DNA of 64,000 bases, taken from assembly GCA_963663965.2 (NCBI GenBank), contig CAXXFK010000022.1, forward strand, positions 37,622-101,621, in the 5' to 3' direction. This DNA is from Sedimentisphaerales bacterium (GTDB lineage: Bacteria > Planctomycetota > Phycisphaerae > Sedimentisphaerales > SM23-30). A program made the position numbers and the translations under genes. Position 1 is the stretch's first letter; each line of letters starts with the position of its first letter. The notes under the pieces were generated by a model, which worked only from the letters and a program-made list of their open reading frames with translations, did no database searches and was not told where the DNA came from. Of the stretch, positions 21,624-32,381 are shown one piece after another.

Positions 21624-22751
21624 CTAATCGAGTGATGCGGCTTCCACTTCGATTTCAAAGAGCAGGTCATCCCGGCAGACAATATTGGGCGTAACTACAA
21701 CAGGTAATGACGTCACGTTATTGTTACGTCGCCAATTTTCGAAGGCCTTGGCATCATCCGCACGTCTCAAGTAGGCGATTCCCTGAATCACATTGTTCCA
21801 ATTCATATTGCGGGATTGCAGGATAGCCAGTACCACACGCATGGTCAGGTCGATTTGAGCATCGATATCATTTAAGTGGACACTTTCACCGCCGGGCGCT
21901 ATGCTGGCAGTGCCGGAAACGGATATTCGTCTGATGGATGGATATCGAATTTCAATCGCACGACTGAAGGAGCTGCCATACTGGGGAGCGGGGCATTGTA
22001 ATGGGGAATTCAGGGCCTTAATAGCGATTTGATTATCGATCGGATCAATAGCCAGACAACTCAGCAGCAGTTCACTGTTATGAGGATTACGACCTCCGAT
22101 ACCGGTGCTGGCCGGAACCAGTTTGTCGAAGACACCTTGCCGGCGATAATAATCGGTGCGGACTTGATTGAAGTCATCATACCAGCTTAGAATATCGTTG
22201 TTGTAAAACCAGGTTCGGACCACATTTAGATAGGTCATCCCTGCTTGTTGCAGCGATTGCTGAACAGTATGGAACACTTCTTGGGTTTGCTCCGGGCGCG
22301 AGCGGTCAGTTTGACCGGCAACCAACTGGCCCAGTTTGCAGATGCGACCAGCCGGTGTGTCGAAATAGTTACCAATGATTCGATTGTTAGCCAATATCGG
22401 ATGCAGTATTACATTCGATACGGCCCAGAGATTAACGCCAAATAATTCCTGGTGATCGTCCAGATGAGTCTGAATCCAACTGACTGGAAAGGTGACAGGA
22501 TTCCAGGTGTTCTGGATCGTTTGATAGCCATTGACAGGTTGTTCATCCGGGCCAAATACTTCCAGAGAGACGATATTGGCTTTCAACGCTTTTACTGCTG
22601 CCCGGGCAGCATTGATAATTGAAGCGAAGGAGATATCCTGATCAGGGACCACCGTGATATAATGTTCCTGCCAATCGCCATGATTCAGGGTTTTGGTATA
22701 AACCCGATTGGGGGCAGTACTCAATTCTTCTGTTTGCGCAGAGTCGTTCAT
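21624..22751 (-). CDS. RidA-superfamily protein, FkbO/Hyg5 chorismatase-like C-terminal domain
   Basis: RTWFY, PASTGIG, SFSRA, SGTASI, CRDDLLFEIE. Confidence 0.7.
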   Translation of the reverse strand: MNDSAQTEELSTAPNRVYTKTLNHGDWQEHYITVVPDQDISFASIINAARAAVKALKANIVSLEVFGPDEQPVNGYQTIQNTWNPVTFPVSWIQTHLDDHQELFGVNLWAVSNVILHPILANNRIIGNYFDTPAGRICKLGQLVAGQTDRSRPEQTQEVFHTVQQSLQQAGMTYLNVVRTWFYNNDILSWYDDFNQVRTDYYRRQGVFDKLVPASTGIGGRNPHNSELLLSCLAIDPIDNQIAIKALNSPLQCPAPQYGSSFSRAIEIRYPSIRRISVSGTASIAPGGESVHLNDIDAQIDLTMRVVLAILQSRNMNWNNVIQGIAYLRRADDAKAFENWRRNNNVTSLPVVVTPNIVCRDDLLFEIEVEAASLD

Positions 22752-22774
22752 ATCTGAATCCTTAGAATGTCAGG

Positions 22775-24619
22775 TTAAAGGGACAGGAGCCAGGCGACCA
22801 GATCCTGAATTTCCGAATCGGTGAGTTGTTGGGTCCGACCATGTTTGTCATCCGGGTTGAATTTCGTAAAGATATCGGCTACCGTGGCAGCGCGACCATC
22901 ATGTAGATAGGGAGCCGTACGCCATAATTCAATCAGAGTTGGGGTGTCAAATGGTTTATTGATTTCACGATATCGTCCGGTACCGACATCGAACGATTTT
23001 AGATTAGTATACAGCTCTCCGCTATGACAAACGGCGCAATTGGTTTTTTCAAAGATGAGTTTGCCCCGTTGCGCGGCGGGAGTGAGTTGGCCGTCTACCA
23101 GATAAGGAGAGGGCATCGGCTGCAATGATTTGAGATAGGCGTCAATCGCCTGGGCATCTTCGTCGGGACGAACGGCAAACTGGATATGCCGAATGCCTGC
23201 TCGGACGGCAGTTTCGGCGTCGGAACGTACCCCCAGCGACATGGCCGGTGGCGTCTGGTGTGCCAATAACATGGTCCGGGTATTTTTGGGATTGCCCAGA
23301 CCATCATTCATTAAATCCCAGTTGAGAGCATCAACCCGGCCATTGTCAGGGTGACAACTGGCACAGCTTTGCCATTTTTGGAAACATAGTGACGCATCGT
23401 TAAAGAATATTTCGCCCTGGCGAACCAGAGATATCTGATCCAAATTTTCGGACAGAGGCCAGGAGGTGGCGCGGGGATGACTTGAGTCCAATGGAACCGT
23501 ACCAATCGAATCGGAGAAATATTCTGATACGTATGCCGTGTTTCTGATGATAGAAACGCCACGGGGGCCCAGACCCTTGAGTTTGATTCTGGTTTTAATG
23601 TCCACTAGAAATGACAAATCGTTCATGACGTAATCGGCAGAACTGGTAACACTGGTGACCCGTTCACCCCGGGCGGCTTTATCGAGCCTTTCGTGTAATC
23701 CGGCCCGGTCAATCAAGCATAGTTCGTGATTTCCGGAAATTGCAATCACAATAGTTTTATTATCGGGGGAAAGGGCGATTCCCCAAGGATTGGCTGCTCC
23801 CAGATCCACATCGTCCAGAAGGACACTGTTAATCCATTTCGCATTTTTCAGGTCGATGATACTCATGGCATTGGTATTCATCCAACCGCGGTCCAACTGA
23901 GTTGTGGGTAACTGATATCTGGATATCAGATGTGTCACATAGGCGTATTGATTATCGGCAGTTATCGTTAAACCCGTGAGTGCTTGAGAACCGTTGGGTA
24001 AAGTGATGTTTTTAATGATCGAGAAATCGTCTGGTTTAAGGATGGAAACGGTTGCGGCAGTGTAGTCGCCATCCGCCGCACCGGAAGGCAGGAAATTGTT
24101 GACCAGTAAATATTGCCCGTCGGGTGACAGGGCAAGAGCGCATGGCTGGCGGAGTACGGTAGTGGCATATTTTTCTTTGCCTGTTTCGATGTCAAAAGCA
24201 GATACCTTATCCGCATAGCGATTGCAGACAAAAATCGTGTCGTCTAATGAATTTAGCGTCAAAACCGTGGGATAATGCCCGCAGGGGAAACGACGGATAA
24301 CGGATAAATTCTGTGCATCAATAACAGCAATCTGACCTTTGGGTCCGGATTCTGAAGCAAACAAACGCGTACCATCTTTGCTCAGGCACAAGCCCGCAAC
24401 GGGTTGTTCCAGCGAAACAGATTTGTTGATTTTATTTTGATTGATATCAAAGAGGGCGACTTGTCTACCGGTGTTTAAAGCAACATAGAGATTAAGATTG
24501 TCTGGCGACTTTATGATCTCCAGGGGGGATAGATACTCTCCTTGAGCTATTTGACCTGTTAGCAGGAAAGCTAACAAGAGTAAGACAAATTTAAAACCCC
24601 TGGCTCTCTCATGCAACAT
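22775..24619 (-). CDS. Exported YVTN beta-propeller protein with a di-haem cytochrome c domain
   Basis: Signal peptide, propeller repeats, CASCH and CAVCH, FDTPTL..LWRTAPYLHDG. Confidence 0.85.
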   Translation of the reverse strand: MLHERARGFKFVLLLLAFLLTGQIAQGEYLSPLEIIKSPDNLNLYVALNTGRQVALFDINQNKINKSVSLEQPVAGLCLSKDGTRLFASESGPKGQIAVIDAQNLSVIRRFPCGHYPTVLTLNSLDDTIFVCNRYADKVSAFDIETGKEKYATTVLRQPCALALSPDGQYLLVNNFLPSGAADGDYTAATVSILKPDDFSIIKNITLPNGSQALTGLTITADNQYAYVTHLISRYQLPTTQLDRGWMNTNAMSIIDLKNAKWINSVLLDDVDLGAANPWGIALSPDNKTIVIAISGNHELCLIDRAGLHERLDKAARGERVTSVTSSADYVMNDLSFLVDIKTRIKLKGLGPRGVSIIRNTAYVSEYFSDSIGTVPLDSSHPRATSWPLSENLDQISLVRQGEIFFNDASLCFQKWQSCASCHPDNGRVDALNWDLMNDGLGNPKNTRTMLLAHQTPPAMSLGVRSDAETAVRAGIRHIQFAVRPDEDAQAIDAYLKSLQPMPSPYLVDGQLTPAAQRGKLIFEKTNCAVCHSGELYTNLKSFDVGTGRYREINKPFDTPTLIELWRTAPYLHDGRAATVADIFTKFNPDDKHGRTQQLTDSEIQDLVAWLLSL

Positions 24620-24953
24620 GTATTGATCCTTTCAGATATTCTGAATAAAACAAATACCAAATTCCATAAAGTTCTTATAATACAACAGACTTCACATCTG
24701 GTTAATGGGCCAAAGATGCCCAGATAGCTAAATTAAACTGAAAGCATACTCCGGGATTCAATTACCACGATTTCACCGGTCAATGGTATAGATCAGATCC
24801 ACAGGGTATCTTTCTTATAACTATACATGAAAACAAGCCTTACAGGCCTGAAATGGTTATGAATATAACACGCTATAGAGGTGAATCTATTGCATGTGAA
24901 ATAAAAATAGTTTGCCGGGTCTTTGTTGGGCAGTCCAGATATGCGATAAAAAT

Positions 24954-24982
24954 AAAAACCCGCTAACATAGAGGCGGGTTTT
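24954..24982. terminator. Intrinsic terminator after aroF
   Basis: AAAAACCCGC...GCGGGTTTT. Confidence 0.65.
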
Positions 24983-25006
24983 GATACTTCAATCGATGTC
25001 TCAATT

Positions 25007-26011
25007 TTAATCCCGGTGTTGTAATAGTTTTGTCGCCCGGGTCATGAGATTTTCGAACATAGGGAGCATGAGCGCCTGGGCGCCATCACATTTTGCTTTT
25101 TCAGGACAAGAGTGCACTTCAACAATCATTCCATCCGCACCTGCGGCAAGTCCTGCCAGGGCAAGATGGATCACCAGATCGCGATGACCGGCGGCATGGG
25201 ATGGATCGACGATCACGGGCAGGTGAGTATTGCGTTTAGCCAAGGCAATTGCTCCGACATCAAGGGTATAACGCATTTCGGTTTCGAATCCCTGGCTACC
25301 GCGTTCACAAAGAACAACATTTTGGTTTCCCCCACTGAGGATGTATTCAGCGCTCATGAGCCAGTCTTTTACAGAGTTGGCAGGTCCACGTTTGAGTAAG
25401 ACCGGTTTTCGGGTTTTCCCGATTTCACTTAGCAGGACAAAATTTTGCATATTGCGAGCGCCGATTTGGAGCATATCCGCGTATTGGCAGACAAGATCGA
25501 CATTACGAGGATCGGTAATTTCGGTAACGACGGGAAGGTTAAATTCATCAGAACAATCTCGAAGAATTTTCAACCCATCTTCACCGAGGCCTTGAAAGCT
25601 ATAGGGACTGGTACGGGGTTTAAAGGCACCTCCCCGCAACATATTGGCGCCGGCCTTTTTTACTGCCTGGGCAATATCGAAGCATTGTTCGCGACTTTCC
25701 ACGGCGCAGGGTCCGGCAATATAGCCGAAATTCCCTGAACCAATAGAAACATGTTTAATTTGAACAATAGAGTTGGTTGGATTGAAGTCGCGACTGGCCA
25801 GTTTATACGGGCGCATAATCGGCATGACCTTTTCGACACCATCAATGCTCGATAATAAATCCTGCAAGTTAACATTTTCTTCGCCCATGGCACCAATGAT
25901 AGTGCGGAATTCTCCCTGGGAGACGTGAGTGCGAAAACCCAGTTGTTCGATCCGTTCGCAAACATGATCAATAGTAGCCTGGGAGGAGCCGGATTTCATT
26001 ACTACTAACAT
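25007..26011 (-). CDS. aroF: DAHP synthase, class I-beta with N-terminal regulatory domain
   Basis: IAGPCAVES, GGAFKPRTSPYSFQG, IGARNMQNF, VDPSH. Confidence 0.95.
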   Translation of the reverse strand: MLVVMKSGSSQATIDHVCERIEQLGFRTHVSQGEFRTIIGAMGEENVNLQDLLSSIDGVEKVMPIMRPYKLASRDFNPTNSIVQIKHVSIGSGNFGYIAGPCAVESREQCFDIAQAVKKAGANMLRGGAFKPRTSPYSFQGLGEDGLKILRDCSDEFNLPVVTEITDPRNVDLVCQYADMLQIGARNMQNFVLLSEIGKTRKPVLLKRGPANSVKDWLMSAEYILSGGNQNVVLCERGSQGFETEMRYTLDVGAIALAKRNTHLPVIVDPSHAAGHRDLVIHLALAGLAAGADGMIVEVHSCPEKAKCDGAQALMLPMFENLMTRATKLLQHRD

Positions 26012-26060
26012 GGAATAATATCCTTTGTAAAATTATGGCAGATAAAGGTGAGAATAGAAT

Positions 26061-27140
26061 TTAAAGCACTTCTGACGCAATGGGATAGCTACCTAAAACA
26101 GTGAGCTGAGTGCAGTGGGTACGGGCGTCTTCGATCGCTTTCTGCACGTGTTTATCCGTTTTATGCCCTAAGGCATCCGCAAAGAAATGATATTCCTGCT
26201 GACGTTTGCGGCTGGGACGGCTTTCGATATTAGTCAGATTGACATCGTACCATTGGAAAATTTTTAGTACGTCGACTAATGCGCCGGCTTTGTCTTTGGT
26301 GCTGAAGACCATAGAGGTTTTGTCTTTGCCGGTTGGGCGGGCGGATTCGCGGCCAATAACAAAAAATCGAGTTACGTTATTGGTCGTATCTTCGATATTT
26401 TCATAAATCATGGTCAGGCCGTAAAGTTCGGCGGCGAGTTTTGAACCAATAGCGGCAGCATTTGGTTCATTTGCGACGCGCTGAGCCGCTTTTGCAGACG
26501 AGGCTTCTTGAATGATATCCACATTGGGTAATGTGGCATTGAGCCAGTTTCGGCACTGATTAAAAATTTCCGGTTTGGAGTACAATTTCTGAATTGATTC
26601 GAGCGGGCATTTGGCCAAAAGGTTGTGATGAATGGCAATCATGACTTCGGCGCAAATTGAGACCGGGCAATCGATAAGAGAATCGAGGGTTTCGGTGATG
26701 CCGCCGGCGATAGAATTTTCGACCGGGGCTAAACCGAAGTCGCAATGTTCTCTGGCGATTTCATCGAAGACACCTTGAATGTCGGGCTGTGGTTCATAAT
26801 CAACGCTCTGGCCAAATTTTAGATTGGCAGCAGTGTGTGAGAAACTACCTTCCGGGCCTAGATAGGCGATTCGTAATGGCCGTTCCAAATAAAAGGAGCC
26901 ACTCATTAACTCACGATAGATAGCTACCAGACATTTATCGGGCAGTGGGCCTTTATTGTGGGTTTTGATACGGTCTAAAACATTGCGTTCCCGATCCGGG
27001 GCGTAAATAGGAGGGGCACCATCCGTATTACGCTTGAAATCGCCGATTTTTTTGACGACTTCAGCCCGCTGATTCAGCATATCCACCAATTGTTGATCCA
27101 GCGAATCGATCTGTTGACGTAATGCGTCCAGTTCGCTCAT
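26061..27140 (-). CDS. pheA: Chorismate mutase / prephenate dehydratase
   Basis: LRQQIDSLD, YLGPEGSFS, NVTRF, NLTNIESRPS. Confidence 0.95.
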   Translation of the reverse strand: MSELDALRQQIDSLDQQLVDMLNQRAEVVKKIGDFKRNTDGAPPIYAPDRERNVLDRIKTHNKGPLPDKCLVAIYRELMSGSFYLERPLRIAYLGPEGSFSHTAANLKFGQSVDYEPQPDIQGVFDEIAREHCDFGLAPVENSIAGGITETLDSLIDCPVSICAEVMIAIHHNLLAKCPLESIQKLYSKPEIFNQCRNWLNATLPNVDIIQEASSAKAAQRVANEPNAAAIGSKLAAELYGLTMIYENIEDTTNNVTRFFVIGRESARPTGKDKTSMVFSTKDKAGALVDVLKIFQWYDVNLTNIESRPSRKRQQEYHFFADALGHKTDKHVQKAIEDARTHCTQLTVLGSYPIASEVL

Positions 27141-27185
27141 AAGGCTATGTCCTTAAAGGTATTATGGGATAAAGATAAAAGAAGA

Positions 27186-27214
27186 AATATACCATGGACG
27201 TAAAAAATTGTCAA
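27186..27214 (-). promoter_or_regulatory. Sigma70-type promoter for pheA-aroF
   Basis: Minus strand TTGACA-17 nt-TATATT. Confidence 0.65.
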
Positions 27215-27600
27215 CGATATTTGATAGGATTCACCCAAAACTAAATGATTTGAAACTCTAACTTGCCCTCTTTAAAACACTAATATCAATGGTGATTATT
27301 GCTGGTGCGGAAGGGATATTATTATTCTTTTATTTTCTTCGGTTTACAAATGTTGGCCTTTTTCTTGCTGACGGCGCCGCATTTTTTGCATTCGTATCTT
27401 CCCGGTTTGCTTTTATTTTCTTTTTTACCTTTTAAACATCCCATATTTGAACTCCAAATTAATCATCAATACCATATAATTCTGATATAAATAATAGTAG
27501 CAGGTTGATAGAGAAGTCAAGCAAGTTGAACGTTATCTTGTTATAGAATATAATATTACATAAAATTAGTTCTTATATTTTAGCCCGGAGATTTAAATTT

Positions 27601-28524
27601 ATGTTCCATAAACTGGTATTTTTGTTTCTTTCAGCCTTTTGTCTGGGTTTATTTCTTTTTGAACTTTTATTTGTGGGTTTGTTAATTAAAAGTCTGCTGA
27701 AGAAACAGGGTATACCGAAATTCTTTATGCGTCGATCTGTTATGATGATACATGGTGTCGTCATTATCGGTATTTTTTGTTTTCTCTATGGCTGGTTCAT
27801 TGAGCCTTATCGGTTGGAAATCACGCATCATGTGATTCCAACCGAAAAATGGTCGGAGGGCAGGATCCGGGTGGTGCAGATATCGGATTTGCATTGTGAT
27901 TATCGTAAAAGACTTGAAGATGACCTGGTTTTGGCGGTTGAGGAGTTAAATCCCGATATTATCGTTTTTACTGGCGATGGCACCAATCCGCCACATGGAT
28001 TGAAAATCTTTCAGGAAACGCTGGCCAAAATGGATTCGCCATTGGGGAAGTATGGTATAAAAGGGAACTGGGATATGAATCGTCCTCAACTGTTCAATGG
28101 AACGGGATTTGAGGAAATTAATGGACGAACGATCCTGATCGAGAAGGATGGATGTCGATTACAGTTGACGGGTTTACGTTACGATAATACCGGCAATGTC
28201 TGGAAGGCTCTACATCGGGTGCCGAGAGAGGATTTTAGTTTATTTCTGTATCATACCCCTGATCTGTTGGGGTATCTGGCTGATTTGCCAGTCGATTTGT
28301 ATTTATGCGGACATACCCATGGCGGGCAGGTTTGCATTCCGGGGTATGGGGCAGTAATTACCTTTTCGCGTTTTGGGAAGACCTATGAATCTGGGCAATA
28401 TAAGGTGGGGAATTTTGATTTATATGTCAATCGCGGGATGGGAATGGAAGGCGGGGTGGCGCCACGAATCCGGTTTTGGTGCAGACCGGAACTGGCTGTT
28501 TTTGATATTGTAGCCGCTGATTAA
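27601..28524 (+). CDS. Membrane-anchored metallophosphoesterase (YkuE-like)
   Basis: SDLH, FTGD, GNWD, GHTHGGQ, VNRGMG. Confidence 0.88.
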   Translation: MFHKLVFLFLSAFCLGLFLFELLFVGLLIKSLLKKQGIPKFFMRRSVMMIHGVVIIGIFCFLYGWFIEPYRLEITHHVIPTEKWSEGRIRVVQISDLHCDYRKRLEDDLVLAVEELNPDIIVFTGDGTNPPHGLKIFQETLAKMDSPLGKYGIKGNWDMNRPQLFNGTGFEEINGRTILIEKDGCRLQLTGLRYDNTGNVWKALHRVPREDFSLFLYHTPDLLGYLADLPVDLYLCGHTHGGQVCIPGYGAVITFSRFGKTYESGQYKVGNFDLYVNRGMGMEGGVAPRIRFWCRPELAVFDIVAAD

Positions 28525-28764
28525 TCGTCCGGTCCAAATCCAGACGATAGGGGTATTTTCATTAGTTTTTTGGGGGAAAGTCGTTATGATATTAGTTTTT
28601 AATAACATACGGTAATAACAGAACCGGCATTAAATGCAGGCATTCGCGCCTTAACTAGGGCATTTTCAGTGATTTACAGATAATAGTATCATCCGGCCAA
28701 CGGATGGTTGATTTAAAAAGGCTCTGTGTGAAGCAGGAATATCACACGTAATGAAAGCAACACT

Positions 28765-30060
28765 ATGACACAATTTGATGAACTGGGACTGCCTGAGGAA
28801 ATATTAAAAGCATTGCGAGAAATGGGTTATGAGACATTGACCCCGATTCAGGAAAAGAGTTTCGCTGTAATTCGTGAGGGGCGAGATGTGCTGGCGCTGG
28901 CGGAAACCGGGTCAGGAAAGACCAGCGCTTGCGCGATTCCGTTAATGGAGCATATCGATCCGTCGAATCGTAAGATCCAGGTATTAATTCTGGTGCCAAC
29001 CCGGGAGCTGGCCCTGCAATATGTGGATGAAATAGACCGGGTAAGCCAATACACTGAGATTGCGCCATTTGCCGTTTACGGCGGATCCCCCATTGATATC
29101 CAAAAAGGGAAGCTGGACCATGGTGTCCATGTGCTGGTGGCTACCCCGGGCCGACTGATCGATCTGCTGTATAATTCGACGTTATCGCTGGGCCAGGTCC
29201 GGACGGTTGTGCTGGATGAGGCGGATGAAATGTTGAAAATGGGGTTTATCGAAGATGTCGATTTTATTCTGTCCTGCATTTTACAGGAACATCAGACGCT
29301 TTTGTTTTCGGCCACGATGCCGCGTGAAATTGAAATGCTGATCGATCGATACCTGAACGATTTCGTTAAGGTGGAATTGATTCGTGAACGGGCCGCTCCA
29401 ATCAGTATCAGCCATCATTTTCAGTATGTCGGGCGCGACAGTCGATTTGAGGCGCTCAAAAAGTATCTCAAAACTGAAGCGATCTCACAGGCGATCATCT
29501 TCTGTAATTCGCGGGATGGGGGCGAAAAGTTATTTCGAAAGCTGCGCAACGAACTGGATGATGTTGATTTCATCCATGGTGGGATCGAGCAGGACCGGCG
29601 TACATCGATTTATAATAAGTTTAAGCGGAAGAAAATCCGGATTATGGTGGCCACTGATATTGCCAGCCGGGGGCTGGACTTTTCTCATGTGTCACACGTG
29701 ATCAATTATGACTACCCGCGAACCAGTGAGGCGTATACTCACCGGACAGGCCGGACCGGGCGCATGGGCCGGACAGGTATCGCGATGACGTATATTAAGG
29801 AAGGTGATTTGAGGGCGATGGCATCGTTGTTAAGGAAGACGCAAGTGGTGCCCAAGTGGATCGGTGAAGAACCTGATTTAACCGCATTGAAGAAACGGGG
29901 TAAACGCAAAAAAGGGCGCGGCAAGCCCGGCAGTGGGAGCCAGACGGCAAGTCAAACCAGTCATACCGTGAAAAAAGAAGGGAATGGGGGCAGTAGTAAT
30001 AAACCCAGACGACGCTGGCGCAAGGCTTCGGATAGGGCCGGGATTCATAAAAAAGAGTAA
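28765..30060 (+). CDS. DEAD-box RNA helicase
   Basis: AETGSGKT, PTRELA, LDEAD, SAT, HRTGRTGRMG, basic tail. Confidence 0.95.
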   Translation: MTQFDELGLPEEILKALREMGYETLTPIQEKSFAVIREGRDVLALAETGSGKTSACAIPLMEHIDPSNRKIQVLILVPTRELALQYVDEIDRVSQYTEIAPFAVYGGSPIDIQKGKLDHGVHVLVATPGRLIDLLYNSTLSLGQVRTVVLDEADEMLKMGFIEDVDFILSCILQEHQTLLFSATMPREIEMLIDRYLNDFVKVELIRERAAPISISHHFQYVGRDSRFEALKKYLKTEAISQAIIFCNSRDGGEKLFRKLRNELDDVDFIHGGIEQDRRTSIYNKFKRKKIRIMVATDIASRGLDFSHVSHVINYDYPRTSEAYTHRTGRTGRMGRTGIAMTYIKEGDLRAMASLLRKTQVVPKWIGEEPDLTALKKRGKRKKGRGKPGSGSQTASQTSHTVKKEGNGGSSNKPRRRWRKASDRAGIHKKE

Positions 30061-30099
30061 GGGCAATAGTCTTTTAAACCGATAATACCTCAGAGTTCC

Positions 30100-31254
30100 A
30101 TGAAAAAAACAACCGATATCATCTCATTTGAAAAGGGATTTGCCTGCCGCTGGCTGGCTTTTCATGCTTATTCGTTCTGGAAAGGGCGGGTGGCCATGTA
30201 CGCGATCCTGCGGGCGTTGGGCGTGGGCCCGGAGGATGAAGTGATTGTGCCGGGATATACCTGCGTGATGGATATCAATCCGATCAAGTATCTGGGCGCC
30301 AAGGCGGTTTATATTGATATTGAGCCGAAGATGTATAATATGGATCCGGAACTTCTGGAAGGGAAGATCACGGAAAAAACCAAGGTTATTGTCGCTCAAC
30401 ATACCTATGGTTATCCCTGTGAAATGGACGCGATTATGGAGATTGCTGATCGCAGGGGGATTACGGTGGTTGAAGACTGTTGTCTAGCCTGCGGATCGAT
30501 GTACAAGGGGCGTAAAACCGGGGTGTTTGGGCGGGCGGCTTATTTTTCGTTTCAATGGAACAAGCCTTTTACTACCGGGCTGGGGGGAATGGCGATCGGG
30601 CGGGATGATGAATTTAAGGAGAAGATGGATGCCCTGTGCGAGCAGGAATTGAAGATGCCGTCTTTTAAAATGTCGTTTATGCTGGCGTTACAGCGGATAG
30701 TGTATGGTCTGGTCATTTATCCGCGCACGACGGCTCTGATCACCAATGTGTTCCGCAGTCTGATTAAAAAGGGACTGGTGGTTGGGTCTTCCAGTACATG
30801 TGAATTTGAGCCGACCATGCCAGATGACTTTTTTATGGGGATGGGGCAATCGCAGGCCAGTTGCGGGATTGCCCGGTTGCGGACGCTGGAAAAGAATATG
30901 CGGCATCGCCGAGAGATGAAAAAGGTGTATGATCACCTGCTGGCGGAGGCGGGATTTGATGTGATCGAGGTACCCGACTATATGGATCCGGTACTGGTTC
31001 GTTATCCGGTGCGGATCAAGGATAAAGAGAAGGCCCTGGTGGAGGCTGTGAAAGCGGGTGTGGAGATCGGCAGTTGGTTTGAGTGTCCGCTACACCCGAT
31101 AGAAACGCCTATGGCTATGTATGGCTATGAAGATGGCATGTGTCCGGTGGCGGAGCAGGCCTGCCGTGAGGTGGTGAATTTACCGGTGCATCCACGGACT
31201 AATGAAAAGATGGCAAGGCGGACGGTTGAGTTTATCCGGTCATTCCGGGGATAA
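30100..31254 (+). CDS. DegT/DnrJ/EryC1/StrS PLP-dependent aminotransferase
   Basis: DEVIVPGYTC, VVEDCC, FSFQWNK, LPVHP. Confidence 0.88.
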   Translation: MKKTTDIISFEKGFACRWLAFHAYSFWKGRVAMYAILRALGVGPEDEVIVPGYTCVMDINPIKYLGAKAVYIDIEPKMYNMDPELLEGKITEKTKVIVAQHTYGYPCEMDAIMEIADRRGITVVEDCCLACGSMYKGRKTGVFGRAAYFSFQWNKPFTTGLGGMAIGRDDEFKEKMDALCEQELKMPSFKMSFMLALQRIVYGLVIYPRTTALITNVFRSLIKKGLVVGSSSTCEFEPTMPDDFFMGMGQSQASCGIARLRTLEKNMRHRREMKKVYDHLLAEAGFDVIEVPDYMDPVLVRYPVRIKDKEKALVEAVKAGVEIGSWFECPLHPIETPMAMYGYEDGMCPVAEQACREVVNLPVHPRTNEKMARRTVEFIRSFRG

Positions 31255-31505
31255 GGTCAGACAGGGGGGCGCCTGGCCAATGGTTGATGTAAATTATTAC
31301 AATAGATTGAGATAAGTGAGTCATCGGTTCGATTGGGTTCGTTTGGATTCTGGCTCCTGCTGGTATTCGCTGCGCTCATGGTTGGTTTTATCTTTCGCCT
31401 TCGGCGCGAAATCCTATCGGTAGTGGTTAGGGGAGGTAAAAGTTAAAAGTAGCAAGTAGGAAGTAGCAAGTAGTTGATCAGCGTGGGCGGAGGCCGGCCT
31501 ATGTT

Positions 31506-32291
31506 TTAGTAGTGGCGGCATTGGAGGGTGGTGTCGGCTGGGGTGTCCTGGGAATTTTCTGCCTGGGTGAATGGTTTTAAGTCATTGTTATAATTGTGGT
31601 TATAGTCGTGATTATTGGTGTTGGGTTCGTTTGGCGCTGGGGGATAGTTGGAGTGGTTGGGGGCGTATCGATGGGGGGTTGGGTTCTGTGGATCGGGTTG
31701 TGATACATAGGGCTGGGGGCTTGGGTTGCGGTGGTTGTTATGGGTTGGGTTATATGCTTTTAAGTTGTTGTTATTGCTTGTTTTATGGTCATAATTTGCA
31801 ACATTGGGTTCGTTTGGCATTGGTGGGGTTTCGGGTTGTTTATCGGGTTCGGGGGTGGCGTTGGGGTCGCATTGGATGGCGGGGGTGATCTGGTAGCCGG
31901 CTTCGAAGAGGATTTCTTTGGATTGCTGGATGATCTGTTGGTATTCCAGGTTGGTGGGCGGGCCATCGGGGAGGCAATCTTTGAAGGAGTTGGAAACGGT
32001 GATGAATTGCTGGATGAGTTGGGCGGTGGCGCGGCGGGCGGTGACGTTGTTGTCGGAGCGGGACTGGACGACGAGGCGTTGGAGGGCCTGGTGGCCGGCC
32101 CGGGTGGCGCGGAGTTTATAGTCGCGGCGGTCGTAGGCGATCAGGCCGGCCAGTTCGCAATGGTAGGAGTGGGTGTCGATGATGTACTGGTGTTGGCGGC
32201 GGGTGGTGTTGATGGTGGCGAGGAAAATGTCATCGATTTCGGGGCGGTGGTAGTATTGGGCACGGGCGAGAATTTGCATGGCACGATTCAT
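31506..32291 (-). CDS. Hypothetical protein with a P/N-rich tail containing two PNEPN repeats
   Basis: AAGGAGG RBS and a consensus promoter upstream; helical N-terminal half. Confidence 0.65.
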   Translation of the reverse strand: MNRAMQILARAQYYHRPEIDDIFLATINTTRRQHQYIIDTHSYHCELAGLIAYDRRDYKLRATRAGHQALQRLVVQSRSDNNVTARRATAQLIQQFITVSNSFKDCLPDGPPTNLEYQQIIQQSKEILFEAGYQITPAIQCDPNATPEPDKQPETPPMPNEPNVANYDHKTSNNNNLKAYNPTHNNHRNPSPQPYVSQPDPQNPTPHRYAPNHSNYPPAPNEPNTNNHDYNHNYNNDLKPFTQAENSQDTPADTTLQCRHY

Positions 32292-32352
32292 GGGAGCCTC
32301 CTTTAAACCTTGGTAATGTTTTGAGTTTGACCGTTAGTGGCCGACTGTTGGG

Positions 32353-32381
32353 ATTATAGATCATATTTCAATAATAGTCAA
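32353..32381 (-). promoter_or_regulatory. Sigma70-type promoter for 31506..32291
   Basis: Minus strand TTGACT-17 nt-TATAAT. Confidence 0.7.

Noticed and set aside
31785..32306. 173-aa plus-strand ORF
   Set aside because: Antisense shadow of 31506..32291, which has the promoter and RBS.
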